DNA from: Catajapyx aquilonaris
Lineage: Eukaryota
Length of the DNA stretch: 20,000 nucleotides
Direction of reading: 5' to 3'
Assembly: GCA_000934665.2 (NCBI GenBank)
Contig: KZ538389.1
Location: forward strand, 55,726-75,725
Each line of letters begins with the position of its first letter. Within the stretch, counting starts at the first letter, position 1. The position numbers were made by a program, and so were the translations under genes. Below the pieces are notes generated by a model. The model did no database searches and was not told the origin of the DNA. It was given only the letters and a program-made list of their open reading frames with translations. Positions 1 to 10,069 of this stretch are shown here, one piece after another.

Positions 1-22
1 GGTCACTCTCTCCCTGTGCCAG

Positions 23-125
23 CTTGGGAGGAGGGCCTACTTCCAGGTCAGAGTCACCAGAAGGTAACACTGTGGCACATCAGGATGGAATTCTTGGGGC
101 TGCAAGGGATGGTGATCTGAAAACT
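23..125 (+). CDS. Diacylglycerol kinase zeta/iota (rdgA-like) coding exon, start of ankyrin region (LGGGPTS...GILGAARDGDLKT)
   Basis: Pyrimidine-rich acceptor ...ccctgtgccag ends at 22 and donor gtgagt starts at 126. A 59-nt phase-0 intron joins in frame to the exon at 185. The 5' boundary is less certain because other AGs lie nearby. Confidence 0.75.
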
Positions 126-184
126 GTGAGTGACATAGACATGCTTCTAAGAACTGTGCTTATCCCTATCTCGTTAACTTTCAG

Positions 185-348
185 TTGCGTGAGTTCCACT
201 CACAGGGCTGCTCTCTCGCAACCAAGGATGAGCAAGGACTGACTGCCCTTCACCTGAGTGCTCAAAATGGACACAAAGATGTAGTCAAGTTCCTGCTGTC
301 CTACTCTCCTACTTCCAGCCAATTATTGGATGCCACTGACCATGACAG
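185..348 (+). CDS. DGK zeta/iota exon, ankyrin repeat (LREFHSQG...GLTALHLSAQNGHKDVVKFLL...DHD)
   Basis: Acceptor ctttcag ends at 184 and donor gtcagt starts at 349 (phase 2). The peptide fits the ankyrin consensus G-x-T-A-L-H-x-x-A-x-x-G-H. Confidence 0.9.
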
Positions 349-530
349 GTCAGTTTTTCTTCAGTTGGATGAAGGCTGAAACACTGTGTCCCATGAAAAT
401 GAATTTATTTTTTCTTTATACTGCATTACACATCCCACAGGGCAAATGCTTATGTTTTTAAATAACGTTTAAGGCACTTTCTATATTAACTTGGAATGGA
501 GAGCCGTATTTGCACAATATAGAATCTTAA

Positions 531-2503
531 TCTATATTTGTGTTTGTTGGTGAGTTTGTTTGTTTGTCCCTTACGGAAATTCAGGGGAATGCCCCTACAG
601 CGCCTTAAACTAGCACACAGGGTGTTACTTTTTTCAAGGAATTTAATGCCGCATGTTTCAGCTCCTGAAAGTCATCCTAACTCCCACAACACGCATATTC
701 CTGAATCTTCTCACTACTCGGGCAACAACAATAACCAACTTAACAATATTAACATACTGGTATATCAACATCAATAACAATTTCAACCATTTCTCTTTTT
801 CCAAGTTTGCAATCCCATGGAAATGCCCTTATGCAACAATGCGCAGCAAATTAAACGGCTTATGTCAAGTATATGGGACATTCGCCGAATCAATTAGGAA
901 ACAGTACCTGCGGCTTGCTGACCCTTTGATTTGTTGTTTTGCTTCTGGGTGGGAAGTCCGGGAAGTGACCAGGGACCCGGGAATTAATTCCTCAAGTTGG
1001 ACCAGAATACAGATGGTGTCATTGTTTCTCTCAGTTCGAATCGTAAGTTGCTAGGTTACGGAGAAACATTCCAGCTCAAGAAAGCGTTAGGCAACAATGA
1101 AAATCTGGAAAGTTTATCATTTATCTGCATCTAGAGACGCGGCGCGGCGGGGTTGGGAGTGCTGGACAGGAGGTGGCAAATTTAAATGCTACGAGGGTTG
1201 CTGCAGAACGACATAAGGTCACACCAGCCGTGTTTTCTGAGCATGAGCAGTAGTATGTCTGCAGAGTGAGTCGTGGACATGATTGGAGGGGAGAGTAGGG
1301 TGGATGCGGGCGGATTGTGACGTCGCTTGTCATTAGTTGGTTTAACAGACTCTGTGGAGGTAAATTTCGCGCTTGACAAAGCCACAATAACATTCGTTGG
1401 CCTGCGGCGCACAATGAGGACCGCATTGTAGGCGGATACAGAAACCCACAATAAGCGCCCAGCTCCGCTATCGCTCCGCAAAAACTAAAAATATCACGCA
1501 CAGGCGACGTACCGTGCCTGGCAGGGCCACAACAATGTACAGTACTGTTGCGGTTACAAAAAGCCACACAGCATCACCCAGACAAATAGGGCTATTCCAT
1601 GCTATAATCACCTCAAAATTTGTACCGATCTGTATTAATTTAGAAGAGGCTATTCGTAACCTAGCAACTTACGATTCGAACTGAGACATAACAATTAGGA
1701 TGACAATGATTCCATGTGTATTCTGGTCCAACTTGAGGAATTAATTCCGGGGTCCCTGGTCACTTCCCGGACTCCACACCCAGAAGCAAAACAACGAATC
1801 AAAGGGTCGGCAAGCCGCATGTACTGTTTCCTAATTGATTCGGCGAATGTCCCGTATACTTGACTTCAGCCAATTAAACCATCACGGATTTTTCCTTTGC
1901 ATCGATGTTTCGCGCTTCTCTTTTTTTTACACGTCCTATCACCGTAAATTCAAGGCAAATCAAGGCAAGACGGCTACCTCATGTGAGTTCGTATGGTATG
2001 GTCATTCCAGCATTTTGTGGGTTATTTGTGTGTGTGTGGAAGTAGACTTCCAGACACAAAAATATCTCGACATACAACATTACTCACAATGTTGAAAACA
2101 ATCTTTCCCACCAGACATCTGTGTGTACATTTCTAAAGTTCTTCAGGGCAAACATATGGAATAAGGTGAGGGTGTGAGGTGGGTTGGCAGGTGAAGGGGT
2201 CAAAAATTCTGGGGGAGAAGTAACACATGGCTGTACAGAATTTTCCTGGGCTAACTCGATCCGCATCCCTCTTTTTACACATCCAATCAGCATATCTGTG
2301 TCAACTACGCTATAACTGAAGGAGGTAATCTATCACAAACAGTGACAAACTTTGGCTAATTGTAACTTATAAGGCCTGTTTTAAGACATATCGAGTTTCA
2401 AATTGATGGAACACAAACTTTACAAACAAACTTCCTAAAATATATGTATCCCTACCTTTACTAGCACCCCAACTTACCAGGGCAACGCCAGGTAACCTGC
2501 TAG
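531..2503 (+). mobile_element. Non-autonomous Helitron (about 2 kb) in DGK intron
   Basis: 5' end A|TCTATAT (alternative TC at 525) followed by a (GTTT)n tract. 3' end has the imperfect hairpin ttaccagggcaacgccaggtaa, then CTAG|T at 2500-2504. Insertion between A and T with no TSD is the Helitron signature. Confidence 0.7.
855..1873. mobile_element. Fold-back/MITE with about 210-bp inverted arms (855-1060 and 1655-1873), flanked by TTAA, inside the Helitron
   Basis: gtcaagtatatgggacattcgccgaatcaattaggaaacagtac...cgtaagttgctaggttacg is mirrored by cgtaacctagcaacttacg...gtactgtttcctaattgattcggcgaatgtcccgtatacttgac. TTAA lies at 851-854 and 1874-1877 in register. Superfamily uncertain. Confidence 0.8.
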
Positions 2504-2521
2504 TGTCTTATAATAATGGTA

Positions 2522-3192
2522 TGAGGGCCAGTCAGAAAATAAGTTTTGCAATGCTAACAGCGATGCCATGCGACGAACAGGGTAAAGACGAGCATGAGCA
2601 GAGACGTCAATCCTTCTGGTACTTGATAGGATGGGTAGGTGCCATTTTGCAGCATATGCGAAGGCTTGGCAGCCATCAGACAACGTGTGGCGAGCACAGC
2701 ATGCATGCCCACATTCCGCCAGGAGAAATCAAGTAAGACTGACGTGTGTTGGTCACATGGACTAAGACAGGGCAGTTGTTCTCTATTATGAGCACCAACA
2801 TTCATCGCCGGCTGGTAAAGTTGTATGGTCCATGCGTCATGTCTGAGCAAATGGTGCAGCGGGGGTGCCAGCAATTCCACAATTGGCACCCGAAAGTGAA
2901 GGACATCCAGATACCTGGACGACCAGCCATACTGTCCACTACCGACATATGACCATATGACCAACACATGTCAGTCTGTCATGATTTCTCCTGGCGGAAT
3001 GTGGGCATGCTCTGCTCAGCATTAGGTTTTATCCGACGACTGCTGTGCTTGCACATAAGCTGCAAGATGGCACCTACCCATCCTAAAAAGTACCAGAAGG
3101 ATCAATAGCTCTGCTCATGCTCATCTTTGCCCTGTTCGTTGCATGGCATCGAAACTGCAGCATCACAAAACTTATTTTTTGACTGGCCCTTG
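2522..3192 (+). mobile_element. Mariner-derived fold-back element, TA TSD, about 240-bp inverted arms
   Basis: TA|tgagggccagtcagaaaataag ... cttattttttgactggcccttg|TA, a decayed CGAGGG mariner terminus. Arms are 2522-2760 and 2953-3192. Confidence 0.9.
2746..2952 (+). pseudogene. Remnant of mariner transposase N-terminal HTH DNA-binding domain
   Basis: IHRRLVKLYGPCVMSEQMVQRGCQQFHNWHPKVKDIQIPGRP fits the mariner pattern IHxxLxxxYGxxxxSxxxVxxWxxxF...VxDxxRxGRP. No DD34D catalytic domain follows. Confidence 0.8.
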
Positions 3193-3278
3193 TAGTGTTA
3201 CCATATACGGGTATCAAATGAGGTAATGTTGCTGACCATTCATTTCTTCACTTAAGGGCATATGAATATCACAAATCA

Positions 3279-3610
3279 GAGGGGCCACGGTGGTCTAGTG
3301 ACTATAGACAGGCAGCCAACCTGGCCAGCCAAGCAGGAGGTCCCCAAGTTTAAATCCCGTCCCCAAGTTTAAATCCTGTCCCCACCACCTTTGCACTTCC
3401 TCCTGTACCCAGGGCCAAGATGAATGTCTGGCTTTAGGACAGTCCAAAATGACAGAAAGCTTTAAGAGCACCCCCCTCCACGCTTGTGGACCCAGGCTTT
3501 ACAACAAAACAAAGGGCTTGTATGTATTGACTGTAAATACAAGTGCAAAATAAATGAAAGTCCATGCAATACCTCAGAGGAGATCATACTACCCAAATTT
3601 AAAAATATAT
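3279..3610 (+). mobile_element. tRNA-derived SINE (family A, decayed) with tandem-duplicated B box
   Basis: Head ggggccacggtggtctagtg (A box). B-box-like gtttaaatcc sits in a 19-bp unit repeated at 3340-3358 and 3359-3377. Flanked by the direct repeat atatcacaaatca (3266-3278, 3611-3623). Confidence 0.7.
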
Positions 3611-3623
3611 ATATCACAAATCA

Positions 3624-3920
3624 CCGAAGCAGGTTGGCATAGTGGATAAGGCGTCCAACTGCTAATCGGGAGGTCCTGGGTTCAAATCCCGGGGCCGGCA
3701 ACTCTGACCGTGGTTTTCTGTGGTTTCCCACGGTCCTTCCAGGGAAATTCCGGAGTTGCTTCCGTAATTAATAGGCCACAGCCGCTTCCTTCCGTCCCTA
3801 TCCTATCCCAATGAGCATAGTAAAATGAAAGCAAAGAGTTCCAGCCAAAACAAACTTCCCCCCTAAAGAGCCGATGACTGATAACGGGGTATGAATTTAA
3901 TTTATTTATTTATTTTATTT
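3624..3920 (+). mobile_element. tRNA-derived SINE (family B), full length with 15-bp TSD
   Basis: A box tggcatagtgg, B box ggttcaaatccc, (ATTT)n tail, and TSD atatatcacaaatca at 3609-3623 and 3921-3935. Confidence 0.9.
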
Positions 3921-4055
3921 ATATATCACAAATCAATACATTTCTGTCAGCAAGCATCAAAGTTCATCTTTCAAGACAGTGGTGTAGACTTGTCCCACTT
4001 CCCCTTAATTTTTTCAATTCATTGCTCACGTGGTACTGTACCCATTCAAATTCAT

Positions 4056-4391
4056 TTAAATAATAATTGGGTGATAGGCGTACCCCTAGAGGTTTTCAGC
4101 CAGACCTTTATTATTAACGATGGTACAATTTTTGGGGATCCTATTTTTGAAGCGCCCGGGCCCACGGGCAAGATGACAGGAGGGGATGTGCAAGTGCAGT
4201 GCCTTGTCTGAAATGTGGTCGTTTTGTGAGCTCCCCCGGGTGGATTAGTCTAAGGAAATTCCACCCGAGACGAAGTCAGAGACGACTCATGAACTCTGCA
4301 CGAGATGAAGGGGTGTCCCCGGGTTGGGATCGAACCCGGGACCTTAACATCCGTGGGCGCATACGTTACCGCAGCACCACTCCGCCTCCCG
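4056..4391 (-). mobile_element. tRNA-derived SINE (family C), 9-bp TSD
   Basis: Minus strand: A-box-like tggtgctgcgg, B box ggttcgatccc, (TTA)n-like tail. TSD caaattcat at 4047-4055 and 4392-4400. Confidence 0.8.
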
Positions 4392-4645
4392 CAAATTCAT
4401 ATATATTGAACTTTCATTATTTTGAGATTTGGCTGCCATCATTCTATTTTAATTTATAATGTACGTTAACTTTAAGTATTGTTACTTCATGAATTAATTC
4501 AGTTTGGAAATGAAAGCTACCTGCCTCCCTGCAGATGGCCAACTAGAGGTGCTGCATTTCCCAAATAGGTTTTTCACCTACCCTAGTTACTTAATTTACA
4601 TGTCAAAATGGAGGTACAAACTAAGATATTATTCTTTCTGAGCAG

Positions 4646-4809
4646 TGGTCAGACTGCCCTGCATAAGGCTGCATGGGAAAAACGACGCAGTATATGCTGT
4701 ATGCTGGTGGCAGCAGGTGCCTGCCTGAGCATCCAGGACGCACATGGACTTACTGCACAACAGCTGGCCTTAAGGGCTGATGACCAGCATCTTGCTGACT
4801 ACCTTGAGA
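4646..4809 (+). CDS. DGK zeta/iota exon, ankyrin repeat (GQTALHKAAWEKRRSICCMLVAAGA...DDQHLADYLE)
   Basis: Acceptor ttctttctgagcag ends at 4645, phase-compatible with the previous exon (AG+T = Ser). Donor gtatgt starts at 4810 (phase 1). The peptide resembles the last ankyrin repeats of DGK zeta/iota as I recall them. Confidence 0.9.
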
Positions 4810-5122
4810 GTATGTGTTTTGCATGCATTTTGCGTAATATTTGCTAAGGATGTATTTTTAAATCTATGATCGTTATTGCTTTACAATGTAAATCATAGAC
4901 TATTGCACAATTTTGACCAGGAAATGGTGCATGATGAATTGAGGAGATAAAATAATGCCATACAGTTTTGCAGACTGCCATTAATTCCACAAGTCACTAC
5001 TACATTCCTTGCAGAGAGAGAGAAGAATATCAAAGTCTATCAATTAGTGTTGCAAGCATTTTGATGTCCAGTGTTAGATGTTATTGTTTGGAACTTAAGA
5101 CACTGGCTGCTTTGTCCATATA

Positions 5123-5519
5123 CAGGGTGGTCCAACTTCAAGTGTCGTTTTATAACGGCTATTAATAGAAGCGCTTAACGATTGACGTAGCAGCGTCGTG
5201 TAAAATGCCCACTTCGGCGCCATCGGAAATATTAGCTGTGTTTCGTTTGCAGCCTTCCCCCTTGCATTACAGGTCCATCTGGTGCCTTGGGCGTCACCCA
5301 TTTCACCCAGGCGCATCTCAGGTCATGTGTGCACCTCAAGGTGCACCTACTTTTTCCAGGTCAACCCAGCATCAGGGTTGATTACATGTGTGCTGCTATT
5401 GGCAGCTAATATTTTCGATGGCGCCAAAGTGGGCCGTTTTACACGTCGCTGCTGCGTCATTGCAGAATCACTGCTATTAATCGCCGTTATAAAACGACAC
5501 TTGAAGTTGGACCACCCTG
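5123..5519. mobile_element. Tc1/mariner-type MITE (CAGGGTG termini) in last DGK intron
   Basis: TA|cagggtggtccaacttcaagtgtcgttttataacggc ... gccgttataaaacgacacttgaagttggaccaccctg|TG (right TA degenerate). Arms are about 115 bp. Confidence 0.9.
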
Positions 5520-5562
5520 TGTACATATATATAACAACTGATATATGCATTTACTATTGCAG

Positions 5563-5615
5563 GTCAAGAGCAGCTCCAGAAGGTGGTATCTGAAGATCTT
5601 GAGACAGAAGTGTGA
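5563..5615 (+). CDS. DGK zeta/iota terminal coding exon (SQEQLQKVVSEDLETEV*), class I PDZ-binding motif
   Basis: Acceptor ttactattgcag ends at 5562, phase-1 compatible, and TGA is at 5613-5615. The C-terminus parallels vertebrate DGKZ/DGKI ...ED(Q/L)ETAV. This exon is absent from the ORF track. Confidence 0.88.
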
Positions 5616-6557
5616 GAGAATTGGCAGAGCAAATAATGGGCACTGGTACAAAAAATGAAGATAAACATTATTATATCACAAACATGAAGATTACGAATGA
5701 TAAGGAACCAAATGAAAGTTTTCTCTGAGGTTGTGAATAGGTGCAAAGAAGTGAGGAGCCAAAAGCGTTATTTTGTAGCAATCCAAGGTTATGTTGTGTT
5801 AGCCCAAACTTAAACACAGAACTTTTTTCTCCCCTTATTCTCTTCAGTAGGTCAATTTTTGCCTTACATTTAAAAGTAACGGCTTGTACAGCAATAGTTA
5901 CATAATGAAAGAGGTAGAAAACTTGAAAGAGCAATCCCCTCTCCAATGGAACAATATGTTATATAAATGTGTAATCTGTATGCTTAAAATTCTGTGTGAC
6001 ATTTTGCCAATTGTTTCCTTCCTTCCAAAACGAAAGCCATTTAGTCTCAAATGCCGTGCAAGTAACTTGTTTGAAGGAAAAGAAAAACTCTGTGGCCTTG
6101 GTCAAAGAAAATCAAATCTTGAGCATGTGTCATTTTCGCCTGGGCAGAAAAAAAATCACTGTACAGTATATTTTAAACCGAGATGGGGTCTTTATGAAGG
6201 AAAAGGAAGAGCATTTAATGAAGACTTGCCAGCGTCACCCTTTTCCCTAACTGCACCAGTGGTGCCAACCGCTGCCTTCCACACACATTCCTCAAAACTT
6301 TGTCTTGGCAAAGCGGCATGTCAAAGAGAGCACATACGTGGCTGAAAGTAAGAAAATCTAAACATGTATGTGTTTCAACATGACTTCGCTTTTCCTTGTT
6401 ACTATGTAATAGAGTTAATGGGTATTCCCATTGTGTTTAGTAGTTTCTTTGAAACCAAGTTTTTTGGAGAATGTACAATGAATATAATATCTATAACTAT
6501 TTCTTAATGACTGCCTCTCTAGACTGTCTGATGACTTTTCAGGGAACTCTTATTTAA

Positions 6558-6581
6558 AAAATAAATAAATAAATAAATAAA
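6558..6581 (+). repeat. (AAAT)n microsatellite containing overlapping AATAAA hexamers
   Basis: aaaataaataaataaataaataaa read directly. It could act as a proximal poly(A) signal. Confidence 0.8.
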
Positions 6582-7202
6582 GATATATATAGTATATTGT
6601 ACATAATTATGTACTTGGGATTAAGGGAGATGAATAAGTAAGAGCCTGTCTTACTTTGAAAACGATACTGTTGTAGTAAAGTTGTACTTCCCTTTGCCTT
6701 AATGAGAGAATTGTAAGAGTCATTACAGGAATGCTCAATATGTCACAGGTTAGTTGAAGAATATTGGGTGTGGAGGTACATATATGTTTACATAACTAAT
6801 ATATTAAAATTTCCTGTTTCACAATATGTAGCAATACTTTTTGTTAAACCACTTGAGTTGACATTGAACGTCCCCAGTCTTTCATTATTTATATTACATT
6901 GATATCTGTCCTAAATTTTTGTGCTTTGGCCCTGGTGCCTATGTTTCATCAGTAAATGTCCAGTGAATGCAGGCCATGTTATGTTAATATTTATGTCAAG
7001 TACATTATTTGTCCTGATTTAGCTAGTAACATCTGTTGCAAATGGTGTTCCCACTTGTTTATTGCTTGGACTATTATCTGTATGATTTTTATAAGCAGTA
7101 AAGCATATGCTGGAAGAAGCATACTGGATTAGTTTTACTTTAATTGATGTCAGACACAAAGAGTGTGCATTCAAATTTATGAATTTCTTGCAAATGTTGG
7201 CA

Positions 7203-7208
7203 AATAAA
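7203..7208 (+). promoter_or_regulatory. Candidate poly(A) signal (AATAAA) of the DGK gene; 3'UTR about 5616-7225
   Basis: AATAAA at the end of a 1.6-kb AT-rich stretch with no recognisable TE downstream of the stop codon. Confidence 0.5.
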
Positions 7209-7344
7209 TGGTTAAACAACAGCTGTCAAAGACGTTGCCTTGCAGTTATGCCATCCCATACACAACGTTGAATCAAATTGAAGCTGATCAGGTATTATAG
7301 AGGGATGTGAAGAAAATGAGATGGAGGATAGAATGGGTCTTGAA

Positions 7345-7399
7345 TGTCTTGAGGGGAGGCAGACAAGTGAGAGCCACTTGTCTGCCTCCCCTCAAGACA
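7345..7399. repeat. Perfect 25-bp inverted repeat, 5-nt loop
   Basis: tgtcttgaggggaggcagacaagtg-agagc-cacttgtctgcctcccctcaagaca. Confidence 0.95.
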
Positions 7400-7532
7400 G
7401 AAAACCTCGGTCACCCTTAAGAATATATTGTTCTGATGTTACAAGCATTTGTTTATTGTAGTGTCAGCGGTATTTGTAACCCATGTGATGCCAGCACCGA
7501 GGGGGTACTCACTTGACTGTAAAGTGTACACC

Positions 7533-7595
7533 GGAGTACCAAATTCAAGGAGTACCAAGCAGTACCAAACAGTACCTGGGAGTACCAAGGAGTAG
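7533..7595 (+). repeat. Short tandem array of about 10-bp units (GGAGTACCAA-like, about 6 copies)
   Basis: ggagtaccaa..ggagtaccaa gcagtaccaa acagtacctg ggagtaccaa ggagtag. Confidence 0.8.
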
Positions 7596-8041
7596 ACCTA
7601 CGCGGAAGCATTACTGAACACCTTAGGGCACTTTCAGTTTATATTCAGCTACGTATATGCATTAGCATACCGAATATCAGTACTGTACAAGTTGCACACT
7701 GTGGTGGTGAAAAGCTGTCGGCCAAAGGGGGCGCACTGCCTACTTCCCTTACGTGACGTCATTAGATGCACCAGGCAGGCGCGGGGAATATGAATTTACA
7801 GGCAGTTGAATGGAGTGTTGGCAGAAACACAGGCTATAATAATTATTATGTGGAAGGGTGCCGGGACCTGCCTTTAGAGTCTGCTATTATCGAGATCTGT
7901 TATAGACGAGGTTGTTATATCCGTCCAGATTCAACCGTATCATCATCATCGATCATATCAATTTATTATTGTCTCTCGCAGCAATCCACAAGTAGAGTAT
8001 TTTTTTCAATAGAGCAGGATTTTAGCTATGACAAGTTTTAA

Positions 8042-8204
8042 GCGCTCTAAAAACAATGTGTATGCATGGTACACAGCGTTGTGCTAAAAACATGCAAATT
8101 GTGTATTGCATTGTACTAACTAATGTACATAATGCAGTACACAATTTGCTTTTTTTTATCGCAATGCTGTGTACCATGGATACACGTTACTGTTGAGAGA
8201 GTGC
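8042..8204. repeat. Degenerate inverted repeat (old MITE-like)
   Basis: gtgtatgcatggtacacagcgttg...gcaaattgtgtattgcatt is mirrored by aatgcagtacacaatttgc...caatgctgtgtaccatggatacac. Confidence 0.7.
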
Positions 8205-8813
8205 CCCTTGAAGTATCAGTTCGAGAGTAACATCTTGTGATGATGGTGGTGGTGTACTGCAGACGGAATAATTTGTGAACATACGCAGTTTCTTATCCTT
8301 TTTTGTTTTGTTTTTGACGAGTGTGAGAGTCCATGCTCTTCAGGTGTGGGAATCTATTATTTTCTTTTATTGGACATTTCCCTTTTTGGGCCTTCTGTAG
8401 CAGGTAGGGTGGCCATTTCCAAATCTTCAGAAAGAAGGACACAGCTGGTAGGTATATCGTATATGCTTGACACAGTACAATACATTGTGTGACCCCTGAC
8501 CTCGGGTCACACCCTGACTAGCTCAGTAACGCAGGTTCAGTTGGAGAAAAGATGTCAGACTGGGAGAAAAGGGTGGAAGAAGTGGCGGGGAAAACTGGAA
8601 AAGCCGGGAAAATAATGGTTTCTGATAACATACTGTATAATGAATATGCATTTTTTTACTTCATATATTCTGAAACACACATTGTACAAATTCCGGTAGA
8701 AAATATACAAGGATATACTATGAGAATTTACTTGACAAATGACACTACATTGAGACTAATGGTATTTTGTGGCGCCCTTTCTTTACAATAAGTACATGCT
8801 GGAGAGAGTGTTA

Positions 8814-9085
8814 GTATCAAGGTCTAGTGGTTAAGACGCTCTCTTCGTAACCTGAAGGTTGAAGGATTGAATCCTGAAAGAAAGACGTCGTTTCTTTTTA
8901 TCGCTATGGACCTTTATCGCTGTTACGTGATCTCTCATTTCACATTTATTTCTCTTTGAAGTGCATCTGGTAAATAGGCTAGACCCTTCCAACACCCACA
9001 ATTTTGTTATCACAGAGCGTGGCTGTGTGGCAACGCGTCAGACTCTCAATTGGGAAATGGGGGTTCAAATCCCGCTCATCTCCGC
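8814..9085 (+). mobile_element. Two decayed tRNA-like (SINE head) fragments, about 8814-8876 and 9015-9085
   Basis: ggtctagtggttaagacg...gattgaatcc and tggctgtgtggcaacgcgtc...ggttcaaatccc show A/B-box spacing but no intact cloverleaf or TSD. Confidence 0.45.
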
Positions 9086-9851
9086 GGTTGAGAGTCAGAA
9101 AAAAAAAAAAATTGCAGCCGACATGCGACATCTCTGGTCAAAATGGCGACTTCCTTTGCAGTTTCCCCAGCACTTCTTCAGAGGTGTCGGAGGAGCAGCG
9201 AAGAGGGGGGGGGGGAGAGGGAGAGGGAGGAAAGGGGGGGAGGGAAGATTTTTTTTTGGAAAAAAGTCAAAAAAAAGTCATAAAAATGATCAAGTGGCTT
9301 CGCTTGTGTTGTCCATCCCGGCAACCCCCTCCCTACGTGACTACATTTGTCTTATACCAGGGAGTTCCATTCTCAAACCTATCACCCCAATATTTCAACC
9401 TACAAGTACAATTTAAACTATAGGTCCCATCCACTCGGCAGCACATGCAAATTATTCAGCACAATTTTTAGGTAATTTTCAATGGCTTGTTGCCGGCTGA
9501 CCTTTGACCTGAAAGGCCCTAGTATTAGGTTTTTGGTCTGGGGCCAGGCCCTACCTCGGTCTCCATCTGTCGGAGCTTTCGTAATGAGACTGTACAGAGC
9601 ACAGTACTTAGATATACAGTATATCTCTCGATGTGAGGTAGTATGCCTCTAGCCTGCTAGCCAAATGTATAGCAGTCCGCCTGTCCTGCTGGGAAGCGGG
9701 GCGGGGGTGGAAAGGGGGGAATATGTAAGGTCAAAGAGACAGGAAGATCACCAAGCCTACACGAAAATACAAACCCTCTTGGAGGTAAAGAATCTGTAGA
9801 GTCTTGGAGGTCAATGACTCAGTCTGAACTGGTTGTGATAAACTTAAAAGT

Positions 9852-10069
9852 TAGGGCTGTGTGATATTTCAATACATCGACTGTTGACACGATATTTTCC
9901 TAATATCGAAGTTGCAATATCCGAACCTTGGCATGTGCGATGCATCTAACATAGAGATTTTTCGATGTCAGTTCGGTGTCAGTTTTTTTATATTCGATAT
10001 ATCAACTTCGATGCAATATTTTTTAAGTATCGAAAGTCGACATGCAATTTTGGATATCGCACAGCCCTA
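9852..10069. mobile_element. hAT-like MITE (TAGGGCTG termini)
   Basis: tagggctgtgtgatat ... atatcgcacagcccta with internal ATATCG/TCGA repeats. No 8-bp TSD is recognisable. Confidence 0.75.

Noticed and set aside
1121..1567. 148-aa minus-strand ORF as a transposase or captured gene
   Set aside because: No recognisable motif (DDE, THAP, Rep/helicase). An ORF this long is expected by chance in GC-rich sequence.
3624..3700. Functional tRNA gene (also 4315-4391 and 9015-9085)
   Set aside because: A/B boxes are present but I could not fold a proper acceptor stem. The first two continue into a SINE body with tail and TSD, and the third is a decayed fragment.
3266..3935. Three direct repeats separated by about 300-bp unique segments, superficially CRISPR-like
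   Set aside because: The repeats are only 13-15 bp, the spacers are SINEs with A/B boxes and tails, the context is a eukaryotic intron, and there are no cas genes. They are TSDs.
4640..4645. NAGNAG tandem acceptor (GAGCAG)
   Set aside because: GAG is a very poor acceptor and would add only one Ser.
5884..6345. 153-aa ORF downstream of DGK
   Set aside because: It lies in the predicted 3'UTR, has a non-ATG start and shows no domain resemblance.
7533..7595. Short repeat array as CRISPR or telomeric repeat
   Set aside because: Adjacent 10-bp units with no spacers, and not a known telomere motif.
8961..9423. Overlapping 151- and 139-aa Gly/Arg/Lys-rich ORFs
   Set aside because: The composition comes from A and G homopolymer tracts, not coding sequence.
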